A program made the translations under genes and the position numbers. DNA of 62,875 nucleotides, the filler included, from Stramenopiles sp. TOSAG23-6 (lineage: Eukaryota), in NCBI GenBank assembly GCA_900128565.1. It is 9 parts of 9 records of this genome, joined end to end, with 100 filler letters (N's around TTAATTAATTAA, not from the genome) between each part and the next. Parts side by side here need not be neighbours in the genome. Positions count along the whole stretch, not along the records: positions 34,244 to 45,545 come from LT636271.1; positions 45,646 to 56,929 come from LT636272.1; 7 more parts are not named here. The stretch is one strand, 5' to 3'. This document shows, piece by piece, positions 34,299 to 46,583 of this stretch; positions within the stretch are counted from its first letter, which is position 1; each line of letters opens with the position of its first letter. The notes beneath the pieces are model-generated. The model saw only the letters and a program-made list of their open reading frames with translations. It was not told where the DNA came from and did no database searches.

Positions 34299-36926
34299 AT
34301 GAATCAAACGATCTGATCGACCTTCCATTACACCATGTAACAATGCAACAATAAGTCCTAATAAATCAGCCCATGATTGTGTAAATCTATATGATTTCAT
34401 TACCTTTATAGCGTAATGAATGATTCGATTACAACAATCTAAAACTGGTGATGAACAAGCTATGTACATTTGATTCATACTACATGAACCTTGAACACAT
34501 TCTACCATTAAATCAAAACATGAAGTAATTATTGGTAGTAATTTACTATCTAAAAATGGACTTTTTCCTAATTGACGTACTGCACTATTCAAATATTTTC
34601 CAATGTGTAAAAATATGTTGATATTTACTTGGTTATTATTTTGTTGTATCATTAATTCCTGATTAGGACGGTAGTGACCTTCACACAATAAACGAATATA
34701 CTCTAATAATCCACAAATTGTTTCAACATTATCATCTTGTTCTTCTATTATTTTTTCATTTTTTACATCACAAATTGATACATCAACAAGAGGGGTAGTA
34801 CTTTGTACATTAGAAATTATTTCGGTACTTAATTTTGTATCTAAAGAATTTCTAATTGCTTGAGTACTATTACCCTCCTCTTTAGTATTGTTTTTAACCT
34901 CCTCTTTAACATTTTGTAAACCACCTGGTGATTCCTCTTTAGCATTGTTTTTAACCTCCTCTTCAACATATTGTAAACCACCTGGTGATTCATGCAACAA
35001 AATTTCAAACCCTTTAAAAAATGATTCTGTATTTCCATTTGTTATTATCTTATATACTTCCAGTTGAGCTTCAGAATTCCCCCCACCAACAAAACGATCT
35101 GTTAAAATACAAATTCCAACTTTTGTAGTTATTTGTAGTACATCATGAGATATTCCAGGAGCAATTAATTTCATAATAAGATTCATTACTCCTGCAGCAA
35201 TAGCCTGGTCAATAATTACATCTCTATCTGCATTAGCTTCAGTCCCACAACAATCTAGAAAAGATTGTAAAAGATTCAAAACTCCTAAAATAATAATTTT
35301 ACTATTATTATTCTCTATACTTTTACTATACTCAATTGTACCATCGTTATCGTCATTTATTAAATAGCATGCATGTTTGATCATTTTATGTAAAATATTA
35401 CCAATGTTAATATCAGAAGAAGAATCATCAAAAGTACGTAAAATATTGACAAGATCCACAAATTCATTCTTTATATCCTCTTTTGTACCATTTTTTTGTA
35501 CTTGAATCATTTTTTGAAAAGCTTGTCGTGTTGGTATCATTTTCACGCTTTTATATGCTTGTTCTTGTAATAATTTTTCTTTAGCTACACTTTTTTCTAT
35601 TTCAGCTTCTTCTTTTATATATTGATTTTGTTCATGAATGATTTTTTGTTGCTCTTTCATTCTTGAATAAGGAGTTTCAAATTTTGATTTTTCATCAATA
35701 TTATTATTAGTAGTAATATCAACATTATTACTATTAGTAGTAGTATTACTATCATCAACAGTAGTATCATTATTTGTTGTATCAAATCCATTAATTTTAC
35801 TTATCGCAAATTTACACATTCTAACTTTATTGTGGAAGGATAAGACAATTGGATGAATCGAATCTTTTTGAGTAGAGACAAGTAATAATTGAGAAACACT
35901 TTGAGCAATAGATAGTTTTGTTTTAGAATTAAGTTCATCATTTTCAAAATGTTGTCCATATCGTTGAAATATTCCTGTAATACATGGTAATACCTGATGA
36001 TACACTAACCATATTAATTTTTCATCATTGATTTCATTTACTTTTTCAATACGATCAAGATGACTCAGGCGAATAGATTTTTGTATATTATTGTGCCCAG
36101 TGTCAATTAAAATGGAACAAATTTTTTCGTGAAACCCCAACGTACAAAGTTGTGTCAAAACAGACGCTAATAGTTGTATCATTGTTATGGTACCCGGTAA
36201 AGTCGCAAGTTCCATACACGGTGTTGTTGCTTCTATATAAACTTGGTATAGAAAATATAGTAAAGATTCCTTCACATTCCAAATTGTTCTTTCATCATTA
36301 ATATGATAAAGTAAATTTGAAATTGGAAAACATGATTTACATTTTGCTTCTGTAATTTTAAAATTACCCTGACAACAATTTGATAGTAAGAGTAATAACT
36401 TTGTATGATATTGTAAAATTGGATGATCTCTCATACAATTTACATTCTTTGTCATTAATTGTCTAGTTATTTTATACGGATTTAATTTTGTATCTACAAA
36501 TAATTTCATTGTTTTATCAATCCATTTTGATTTTGTTAATACATTCAAAATTTGAATATTTTGAGTTGTACTATTTTGTAAAGCTATTTCATTGAGAAAT
36601 TGTAAATATTCTGTATTTGGAGCATCATCATCATCATCTGTATCTATAATATTTTCTATCATACAATGTATAGTCTTGGAACTAACCTGTTCACATAAAT
36701 CTACATTATTTTTCACTATTTCACATAAAAGATCATTTGTATACGGAATTGTATCTATACGCTGACACATTTCATCAATAAAATTATCAAAATGAAATAA
36801 TGCTTTCTGCCCTTGAGGGAAATTTGTACACCAAACTCTCAAAAAATCATGAATTGATCCTAACATTTCAAATAATACAGAATCTTTTGCATCAATAGAT
36901 GATTGACTATTCATTTGTTTATTATT

Positions 36927-36977
<51 letters not shown>

Positions 36978-39900
36978 TCCAGGTAAATGTATTGTGACAG
37001 AATATGTAAACATAAAATTTGTTAAGTACAGAATTTTCATAGTAAAAAAAGAATAAATAAATTTGAAATGAATGTTAGGCTTAGGGTTAACAAACATCTA
37101 TATTAAACATTTCAGGAATAATTGTTAATACGTCTAAATTATAAATAAGCAATTGCATTTCATAATTTGGTTCAATTGTATCATTATCAATAATAGTACA
37201 ATAATTCTTCATTTCATTCATCCAATTTTGCAATTCTTTTAATTTATTCACAACAATTGTTAAATCATGTATCGTGAAAAAAAAATTGAAAAAAAAAATC
37301 AGTTAGGTACAAAATGTTCTACCAAAAAAAAAAATTAAACTTCAGGATAGGGTTAGGGTTAACCTACATCACCGATGCCCCACACTTCATAACATTCAAT
37401 TGAACATAGAAAATATCCTAAAATTGACTGTATATGAAAATATGCTTCATGATGTTTTGAATCCAATAGTAAATGAATTGAAGAGCATATATTCAATAAA
37501 TTATAACGTTTTTGATTTTGATGTAATAATAAAAGTAATGATTCTGTAGTCAAATTATCATTTTCATACATTAATAAAGTAGTTAATATTGTAGAAAAAT
37601 TACTATTTCCAGATGATGACGTCATTTTTGATAAGCTTAAAATTTGTGTATTTTTTGAATGTTTTTCTGAAAATAGATGTTTACACATATTCACAGTTTT
37701 ATCTATTATTGTAGAATTCCCTGAAAATAATTGATGGAGATATAGATTATGAAAAAATATTTCAAAAAAATCCAAAAACATTTGTTAGGTACAAAATTTC
37801 GTATGAAAAAAAATGTAGACAAAAAAATTGAAATGAAAACGTACATTCCACTGGACTTTTCATTGTACCAAGAATACTTTGAAAATCAACTAATACGTGA
37901 GATATTTGATACTCAATTTCAATATCAGCCAAAATACGTAAAAGTTGTATTTGTACACATTTACATTCCATATGTATTGTGAAAAAAAAAAGAAAAAAAA
38001 AAAGTACAAAAATTTGTTAGGTATAAAATTTCGTATACACAAATAATAAATTTTGAAATTTGAAATTTGAAATGATGAAAACAAACATCATCAATTGTTT
38101 CTTCACTCTGATGATATCTCTTGTCACGAACCTGTTTCGGTATAATGACTTTTATTTTACTTTTTTCTTGGCGTAATAATTGCTTTGCTAATCGAGCAGC
38201 ACGAAATAAACGTAATAATCGTACTGTATTGTGAAAAATATTTAAAAAAAAAAGTTAAATTTGTTAGGTACAAAATTTCGTACGAAAAAACACGATTTGT
38301 TTTGAAAAAAATGAAATTGAAAACGTACATAATCGTAACATCCTAAATGTTTTAAATAATGAGCCTAATGATTTGATTGAAGAGACAGCAACACCAAGCC
38401 AATCTACAAATGTAACAATAAAGTCAGTTACACATAGCCAATCAAGGAAATATCGATTGCATCCAATAGCCCAAAGACGTCCAATGACATGTTTTTTTTG
38501 AAAATATTTTTTTTTTTTTGAGTAAAATTTCTGTGTTAGGTATAAAATTTTGTATAAAAAATGAAAAATTAATAAATTCATGATGTGAAAATGTACATCC
38601 AACGTAAACAGAGCAAGAAAGAAATAATCTAATAAGTCTAATGTTGAATTATTTGATTCTTGTAAACCAATTAAACCTGTAATAACAGAAATAAAAGTAG
38701 CTCCAATAATAAATATCATGTACTTTGGAAATATATTTCAGAAAAAAAAACCTTAAATTTGTTAGGTACAAAATTTACTATAAAAAAAACAATTCGAATT
38801 TGAAAAAAAGTAAAACATACATATATATTTTACCATCCATAATATTTTCAACATATTCAGCAAGAGATCGTTCAACAGGTTTGTCTGTATCAACTAAAAG
38901 CTTTCTATATTCACGAACATCATCTTGAGTAAAGTCTGTATCATGAATGATTTGCTTTGAAAAACACGAAAAACATGAAAAAATATTTTTGTTGTTTTGT
39001 TTTTGGGTCGTTTCTTCTTTTTCTATTTTTGAATTGAAATGTCCAATACTTTGAATTAATGGAATTGCAACATTTTGTACTTGTTCAACAGATGAATAAT
39101 AACCATACTGTAATAAATGATGTAAACATTTCGCATATGCAGCTGTTAATAAATGATTATCGTTTCCCGGTTCACTATATTCACGTGTACTCTCTAACCA
39201 CATTTCTATTGATCCTTGTAATATTGCAAATTTATTTGAATGTGTAGTATTTGGTACACCAATCGTATTGGCTTGAATAGGTACATACGTTTCTACATTG
39301 TCTGTATTTTTTTTATTTTCTGTATTTTTTTTATTTTCTGTATTTTTTTTATTTTCTATATTTTCTATATTTGTAACAAATGGCCTACTAATATTTGGTA
39401 TAGGAATTGTCTTTTGTGGATCAACATCAAGCCATAATGAATCAATTAATGAAGCAAATGCGGCTCGTAATTCAATCGTTATTCCAGTGTCAGATGCAGC
39501 TAGTATACATAATTCATATGAATATTCATCTCGTAAATTGTAAATTCCTAAATAATTCCTATTTAAACATAATGTTGAAAATAATGTAATTTGTGCAAGA
39601 TAAAAATCATAAATTTTCTTTTTTTTCTCATATATACTCTTTGCTTCTTGTGCCAATTTTATTTCTTTTGCTTTAAAACCTAATTTTGAATGTTTTGAAT
39701 CTTTTAAAGTATTTTTGGCCTCATCACCATCATCATTATCATCATTAAAATCTTCATGTACACATTCACATATTTCGTGTATTTTTACCCATGTTTTTTT
39801 AAATAAAGCATTTGGTGTGGAAGTCATGTATTATGAAAAATATTTTTTTTTTTAATTTAAAAAAAAATGTTAGGTACAAAATTTCGTATGAAAAAAACAA

Positions 39901-42800
39901 TTTGAAAATTAATGATAAAAACGTACATATCTTTAGTGTACCAAGAAACACACAAACCTGGTACACTCATTCCACCTGAACCAATTGCTGATTCACCCAT
40001 TACATCACCACCATTATCTTCTACATATCTTTGTGTACTTTTAGAATTAAATTGAACACTTTGATTTCTATCACCCATCATTCTTGTCTTTATTAATAAT
40101 TCTTGATTTCGTGTTTTAAAAAGTTCTAAATTGACTTTATCTTGATTATCATCTACAGCTTCATTTTGGCACATACATAATACACACAAAAACTTTATAT
40201 AATCTGGATGTTGTCCAAATTTATGTAATAATTTAACAAATAATTTAATATGTTTTGTTGTAATACAAGTATTTAATAAAACTTCATTACCTTCTACTAA
40301 TTCAGTTAAACAAAATGTTGAACCGATTTGTAATGGAATTTGAACAATCAAAGAATCAATATATTTTGTTGCATACATGAAATGTAGAAAAATATGTTTG
40401 AAAGTTTGAAATTTGTTAGGTACAAAATTTCGTATGAAATCATTGAAATCATAAGGAATATCTACAGGAAAAAAAATTGTTCAATAGATAATTTTGAAAA
40501 AAATAAATTTAAAATTAAAATTAAAATAATGAAAACGTACATTTGATTAGGACGATGATCATCAATTACCATTACTATCATATAATATAAACATTCGCAA
40601 GTATCACATAACATATGCCAAAGTGTAGTATCATTATTCAAGACTTTAATACCTCGTACTAAAGTTTGTACCAAATTCATTGAATATTCTAAAACTTGAC
40701 ATTCTTTTAATAATGTATTTTGGAAAAATATTTCAAAAAAAAATCGTTAGGTACAAAATTTACTATAAAAAATAAATTCGAAATTGAAAAAAAATAAAAC
40801 ATACATTGTTGACGGTCTGTTACAATAAAATCATTCGATATTTTTTTCAATTCTTTGACTTTTTTTTTAAATGGCCAATCTGTTAACATATGGTAATATT
40901 TTTGATTAATTTGTTTAGGATCTATGCAAAATATTCTCAAATATAAACAAATTTCAATAATTTTTACTAATTTGTTTTGATCCATTTTTTCATATAAAAT
41001 TCTAATATTTTTTCTCTTTTTTTCTGATTTCGTTTTTAAAATATTTTCTTCTTCATTTTGTGTTTGAATTATTGTATTATTAGTATTTTCTTCATCTCTT
41101 TTTGTTTCAAATATTGTATTTGAATTATTATAGTGTTGATCATTGTTGAAGTAATCACTAAGGATACAACCAATTTTCTTCAACATTGTAACTAATGATA
41201 TACCTTCATACATTGTAAAAAAATATTTAAAGAATAAAATCGTTAGGTACAAAACTTTCAAAAAAAAAAAAAAAAGAATTTTAAATGCATGATAAAAGCG
41301 TACATATATTGTGATTAATACATCATTTGTATAAGGAATAGAAATGATCATTGCATTATCTTCTTCCCATGATGAAAAGTTTACAACTGAAGCATTTTCA
41401 CCACCATATTCTTCTGCATCTGCACCATCATTCAGCCATATAATACGTTCTGATGATGCATTTTTTACATTATTTTTTGTATCATTTTTTGTTTCATTTT
41501 TTGTTTCATTTTTTACATCATTTTTTATATCATCTGCAATATGAATAAAAATACCAGAATTATTCTTGATACAAACACTTGCAGCACTCTTTACCGATGG
41601 AATTAAATTGAATAATGTCTTTGGATTATTTCGTGTATTTGTTACAATCATACAATCATCAGGATTTTCATTATCATCTTCCAATAAATTAGCTACAATG
41701 GCGCCAGGTGAACCTCGACATAAATATAAATTTGAAATCAAATGACGAAATCGGAATGTATGCTTATATTTTGCTAGACCACCACAAGAAACGTCACTTG
41801 CTTCAATAATCCATAAAAAGTTTGAATTTTCTTTCATATCTATTTCACCCGATTCATCGATTTCACGCGCAGAAAATAATACTGCTAATTCTGTTTCATT
41901 TTCAGATTTTGTTTCATTTTCAGATTTTGTTTCATTTTCAGATTTTGTTTCAACATTTTGACTAATTGTATCAATATCAGATACAGATCCTACATTCTTC
42001 ACAGATAGAAAACAATTACTCTGTGGGTGCTTTAAACGAACAACTGAACCTATAGGTATAAAAGATCGTTTAGGAACACTTTTTCGTAACCCTAACCCTA
42101 AATCTCGACTTGAAGCAAATTTTGAAAATGTCCAACATGTACGAGAATAATTCGTAACTACAGCTGCATTAATTTCACGTAAAGGACCACTCAAATGAAT
42201 ATGTTCCGATTTTCTTTCTAGACCATACAAAATGACAAGATCGTTATATTCAACAACGTCACCCAAAGTTCGTGTTTTTGATTTGGGGTTGACTGTAAAG
42301 CAAGCCATGCCTGTTGGTAGCGATGTAACTTCAATGCAAAAACATTCTGATTGAACTTCAGCGACTTTATTGGGACAAATTGTGACATATTTTTGTGAAA
42401 GAATATTCTGAAGTTGTATAGCATCTCCGTATTTTACTGAACGACCCAACCGTGATTGAATTAAACGTTCATTGGATATTTTTTCTTTTCGCGCAGCGTC
42501 TTTATAGTGTTTTATTGTACGTTCTGAAGAAGTCTTGGAAAGAAGAGCACGATCATACTCGATAGTAGATGTATATTGAAGTTGAGGTACAACACGAAAT
42601 AAGCATTCACGAAATTTTATGGGAAGACTACCATCCGGCTGAAGAACAGCCAAGTGACAAGTTGTATTAGCAAAACCTTCAACACATAAAACTCCCTCCA
42701 CATTGTGGGTTTGGTTAAACGTCTCTTTAGTATAAAGATACACAGTATCGCCAAAAGAAAGCACATCTGGTGGTTTCGATGCATCTGTGGTAGACACCAT
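34244..42800 (-). CDS. Inositol 1,4,5-trisphosphate receptor-like Ca2+ channel with inserted voltage-sensor domain, 3'-partial, 12 family introns
   Basis: LSFGDTVYL, FRECLFRVVP, VKYGDAIQLQN (Ins145_P3_rec); FRFRHLISNLYL (MIR); RQQLLKECQVL, NQMYAT, LCMCQNEAVDDNQ (RIH); IRLLCEGHYRPNQ, LMVECVQGSCSMNQ (RIH-associated). Confidence 0.88.
36927..36977. repeat. (GAT)n microsatellite encoding poly-Asp
   Basis: Long tcatcatca run on + strand. Confidence 0.9.
36987..37095 (-). other. Non-canonical intron (GT-AT) containing telomere-like repeat
   Basis: GTTTGTTAACCCTAAGCCTAAC...GTACTTAAC...CACAATACAT. Confidence 0.8.
37267..37367 (-). other. Non-canonical intron (GT-AT) containing telomeric repeat
   Basis: GTAGGTTAACCCTAACCCTA...GTACCTAAC...CACGATACAT. 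Confidence 0.8.
37742..37844 (-). other. Non-canonical intron (GT-AT)
   Basis: GTACGT...CATAATCTAT; frame restored. Confidence 0.78.
37972..38086 (-). other. Non-canonical intron (GT-AT)
   Basis: GTTTGTTTTC...ATACCTAAC...CACAATACAT. Confidence 0.82.
38224..38328 (-). other. Family intron with canonical end (GT-AG)
   Basis: ...CACAATACAG; restores S4 periodicity RMLRLLRLLRLFR. Confidence 0.88.
38489..38596 (-). other. Non-canonical intron (GT-AT), in-frame
   Basis: Restores S2 helix FTLD|VIGRLWAIG. Confidence 0.85.
38718..38820 (-). other. Non-canonical intron (GT-AT)
   Basis: GTATGT...CCAAAGTACAT; joins KIYM-IFIIGATF. Confidence 0.85.
39826..39926 (-). other. Non-canonical intron (GT-AT)
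   Basis: GTACGT...GTACCTAAC...CATAATACAT; joins two ORFs in frame. Confidence 0.85.
40377..40540 (-). other. Non-canonical intron (GT-AT), long variant
   Basis: Restores NQ-M-YATKYI. Confidence 0.82.
40713..40804 (-). other. Non-canonical intron (GT-AT)
   Basis: Restores RQQ-LLKECQVLE (IP3R RQKLxRE-like motif). Confidence 0.88.
41208..41303 (-). other. Family intron (GT-AT), in-frame, no stop
   Basis: GTACGCTTT...GTACCTAAC...ACAATGTAT. Confidence 0.75.
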
Positions 42801-42960
42801 TATTAATTTGAACGATATTGAGTTGAAAATAACATTAGTTTTGGTTTTTACAAGCACTAATTGTAAAGGTAAAATCAAATTGTGTCTCTCTCTTTTTCGT
42901 TTCTCTTTTTTTTTTGTTTCTACAGTTTCATTTTCGGTATTTCGTGTAGTCAAAAATTTA

Positions 42961-43232
42961 CTATATTTCGTGTACCATAGCTGAAAATCTTAATTCACCG
43001 TCAAAATTTCTAAATATATTTCGTGTACCAGCGTAATTCACCGTCAAAATTTCCAAGTGTATTTCGTGTATATCGTAATTCACCGTCAAAATTTCTAAGT
43101 ATATATATCGTAATTCACCGTCAAAATTTTTAAGTATATATTTCGTGTATGTAGCGTAATTCACCGTCAAATTCATAAGTATATTTCGTAAATTTCGTGT
43201 AGAAGGATATAAATCTGAATTCACCGTCAAAT
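42961..43232. repeat. Degenerate tandem repeat with core AATTCACCGTCAAA (6 copies)
   Basis: Cores near 42992, 43035, 43077, 43112, 43158, 43218, interspersed with TTTCGTGTA. Confidence 0.85.
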
Positions 43233-43740
43233 CAAATCAACTTTGTCAAAATCTCAATCAAGGAAATATAAGGAGAGCACGTAGAACCCTAACCCTAGAA
43301 ACAACTTCCTTGTTTCAAATCTCGTTTTGGTACCAAAAAAATTGAGATGTAATTTCACAAGTATCGTGTACAAATGAAGGTTATAAGAAGATTATATGTT
43401 ATAATTGGATCATTTTGAGCTATTTATTTTGAAAAAATATTAATATCAGTGTAATTAAATTTTCACTTGTGTTTGTTTGTAGAAAACGCCAAAATACTAC
43501 GATTTAGGGTTAGGGTTTTCGCGGTACATCAAACAATTTGACAAATCTAATCGGACATCATCAATCTAAAAAAATTAATATCAATATGATATCAATAAGA
43601 TTCAATACAATTGAATACTCAAAGAACTGTGTTAACAAACACATTGAATGTATTTTAGTCATAGAAACGAGATTATAAGATTCAAATAAGACGTATACAT
43701 AGGGAATCATTTATTAGAGAGACGTTTTTGAAATACGATA

Positions 43741-45545
43741 ATGGTCTCGACGTCACCAACTTTGTATAGTAATAGTACTTCAGCAAATAGTTCTACAGGT
43801 ACTTTTGCAACTTTAGATCATATCCGTCGTTTTTCTAAACTCAAGGGTCGATTAAACACGCATGCGTTTGTTTCATTGACAAAATCTAAACGACATATTC
43901 CTACACATCCCAATAAACAACATACATCAAGTGTATTGAACATTCGGCCTCGTAAGTATCAGCCTCTAGGTGCTCGTAGAAAACGAACTGATTCCTCTCC
44001 CCGTTTTCAGCAACAAAACAAATATTCTAATAAAGAATATCATATTCCCCCAAGTTATTTACCTTTTGAGAAGTCGAATCAGTTTCGTAATATACATGAA
44101 TTAAATCTTACTTCTGGTTTTGTGTACTCAAATAAAAGACAAAAGACAACTGGCAAAATTTTCTTACCTACAAAGGATTTTCGAAATTCTACAAGTCAAC
44201 GAAATAAGCGACAATATAATTCAAATGTATTACCTCTATCAAATAGTATGAATGTTACTTCTAAAAGAAATAGTGGTGGACTGAAATCTGCGTTAAGTAC
44301 AAAAATGTATATGAAAAGAAAAGAAGTCACAAAAAATGTTCGATTTGCACGAATGTTTGTTTTCTTTTTTTTAATTTCGAATTTTTTTTTCGTACGAAAT
44401 TTTGTACCTAACGAATTTTTTTTGAAATATTTTTTCAAAGTAAATCAACTGTTATGATTCAAGTTCAAGGTGTGTCTACGACAACGTTACAAAACGCATC
44501 AAGAATTACAAAGTCAATCAATGGTGCTCCTCGTTTAGTTACACGACCAAAACTCAATATGTCAATATCATCACCAAAGAAACACACGAAATATATCAGA
44601 CCAAAAGCTTGGGAAAAACATAATACAGGTATTGAAATAGTAACACGTGGCAATAATGATGATGATGATTTTAAAACATCTGCTGAAGCAAGGTATACAT
44701 TTTCTGCGTCCAAGCAAGCGCAACAATATAGTCATCGAAGCCAATACAATTCTTTTATAAATGACATGCGGAATTCGAGAATCGCAGCAGAAAGTGAAAA
44801 AGAACGAAAACGTAAAGGCTTGAAAAAATGTGAAGTCACGGTAGAAAATATGGGAACTGATTTAGGAATGACTCGACTTTCAGGTTTACCTTCCCCTCGA
44901 CTAAATCTCCCTACGACAGTCGATGAATTATGGCTTGAACGTCCATTGGATAATTCTGGACATCCAAAACGTGGCGGCCGCGGATCAATGAAGAGAGAAC
45001 ATGTACGTTTTTTTTTAAATTTTTTTTTAAATTTTTTTTTAAAATTTTTTTTTATAGAGAATTTTGTACCTAACGAATTTTTTTTTATTTTTTTTACAAA
45101 AAAAAAAAAAAAATATTTTTCACAATAAATGACCCAGATCGTTTGATTAAACGCAAATTAAAAGTACGACCAACAACTCAAGCTGAAATGCGTGATTGTT
45201 CAGCAGCTCTTGAACCAGAAGATATAAAAGCGATTTCGTGCGGACCTAAACTAATTAATTTTGAACGTGTTTGCATTCGAAGTGAAAATGTTAAATGTTT
45301 TTCAGTATATAATGACTCTTCGGCAAATATACTCGTTGCCTTAAAATTAGATGATTGTCCAGAATTACGTTTAACTACGCCAATGAGTCAAGTTATTCCT
45401 TCTGGAGGTACTGCCGGTTTTGACATTACCTTAATGTATGTTTTATTTTTTTTTTTAACAAAAACATCGATTTTTTTTTCATACGAAATTTTGTACCTAA
45501 CAAATTTAAGTTTTTTTTTTTCAAATATTTTTCCAAAATACATGT
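43741..45545 (+). CDS. CFAP47-like (ASH/Ig-fold ciliary protein) gene fragment, 3'-partial; introns ~44355-44440, 45003-45130, 45436-45543
   Basis: PTTQAEMRDCSAAL...ISCGPKLINFERVCIRS...ELRLTTPMSQVIP resembles CFAP47 from memory; first exon shows no such similarity. Confidence 0.55.
44355..44440 (+). other. Family intron, probably GT-AG (acceptor uncertain)
   Basis: AG at 44440 gives the in-frame join; AT end at 44445 does not. Confidence 0.6.
45003..45130 (+). other. Non-canonical intron (GT-AT)
   Basis: ...CACAATAAAT|GAC CCA GAT in frame. Confidence 0.8.
45436..45543 (+). other. Family intron (GT-AT) at contig end
   Basis: GTATGTTTT...CCAAAATACAT. Confidence 0.75.
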
Positions 45546-45701
45546 NNNNNNNNNNNNNNNNNNNNNNNNNNNNNNNNNNNNNNNNNNNNTTAATTAATTA
45601 ANNNNNNNNNNNNNNNNNNNNNNNNNNNNNNNNNNNNNNNNNNNNATTTTGTACCTAACAAATTTTAGTTTTTTTTTTTGAAATATTTTTCCAAAATACA
45701 C

Positions 45702-46180
45702 GGATGTCTTTTGTATGTTGGCTAGTGCTATATTTTCAAAATTTGTAGTATCTCCTCTAATTGATGGTGATTGTACGTTTTTTTATTTTAATTTGAAATT
45801 AAGTTTTGTTTTTCGTAAAAATTGTTTTGTACATATAGTAGTGGATAGCTAATATATATATATATATAGTGTTTTTTTATACGTATAACTATTAATAATG
45901 CTTTTTAAATGTATTGTTGTTTTTGGTGTACCTCCAATACTCAACTCTGATGGGTTCTATGATTTGAATTATTCTAAATAATGATTTAGATGATAAATAC
46001 CTAACAAAAAAAACGAATTTCTATTTTCTTCACATATTTTATGGGGTTGGTCTATCGTCTTTATCATTTGTAGTGGCTGTACATTTATCGGTGCATTTTC
46101 TACTGCATGTGTCCAATACGAATGTTTTCGGATTTCTGATAATAAATCAAAACCTCCTACATATTTTTGGAATGTACTAA
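45702..46180 (+). CDS. 3' end of a hydrophobic membrane protein; exons ~45702..45772 and 46041..46180 (intron 45773-46040, GT-TT)
   Basis: Preceded by 3' half of a family intron (45646-45701); frame restored by TT|GTACGT...TACCTAAC...CACATATTTT. Confidence 0.4.
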
Positions 46181-46583
46181 AAAATTACAAAAATAATGAT
46201 GGATAAAAATAGTACAAAAATAATAAATAAAAACGTGAATAAGTAACATTTTATTTTGTGTTTACAAGATTCGAAAAAACAAATGTATAAAAAAAATGGT
46301 AGAGAATGTCAAGCTCATTTCTTCTGAAATCTTGTTTATTTCTTGTTGTATGCATTACATGCTGGGTTAAATGGATCATTCGTAGCTAGATCTAGATCGA
46401 GCACGAAAATCTGGGTCTTGATGAAACCAGTACCGGGATCACTCAGTCTCGCTCTTGAGATCAATCGAGATGATCTGAAATATTTGCGAAATATTTGTCT
46501 CATCTCTCGAAATCGGAAAAAATTATTGTCTCAAAACAATACAATAGAGAGGTAGTAGGTATATTAATAATAACTAGACAACA

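Noticed and set aside
42961-43232. Repeat-spacer pattern resembling a CRISPR array
   Set aside because: Core only ~14 nt, spacers similar to each other, eukaryotic context, no cas genes.
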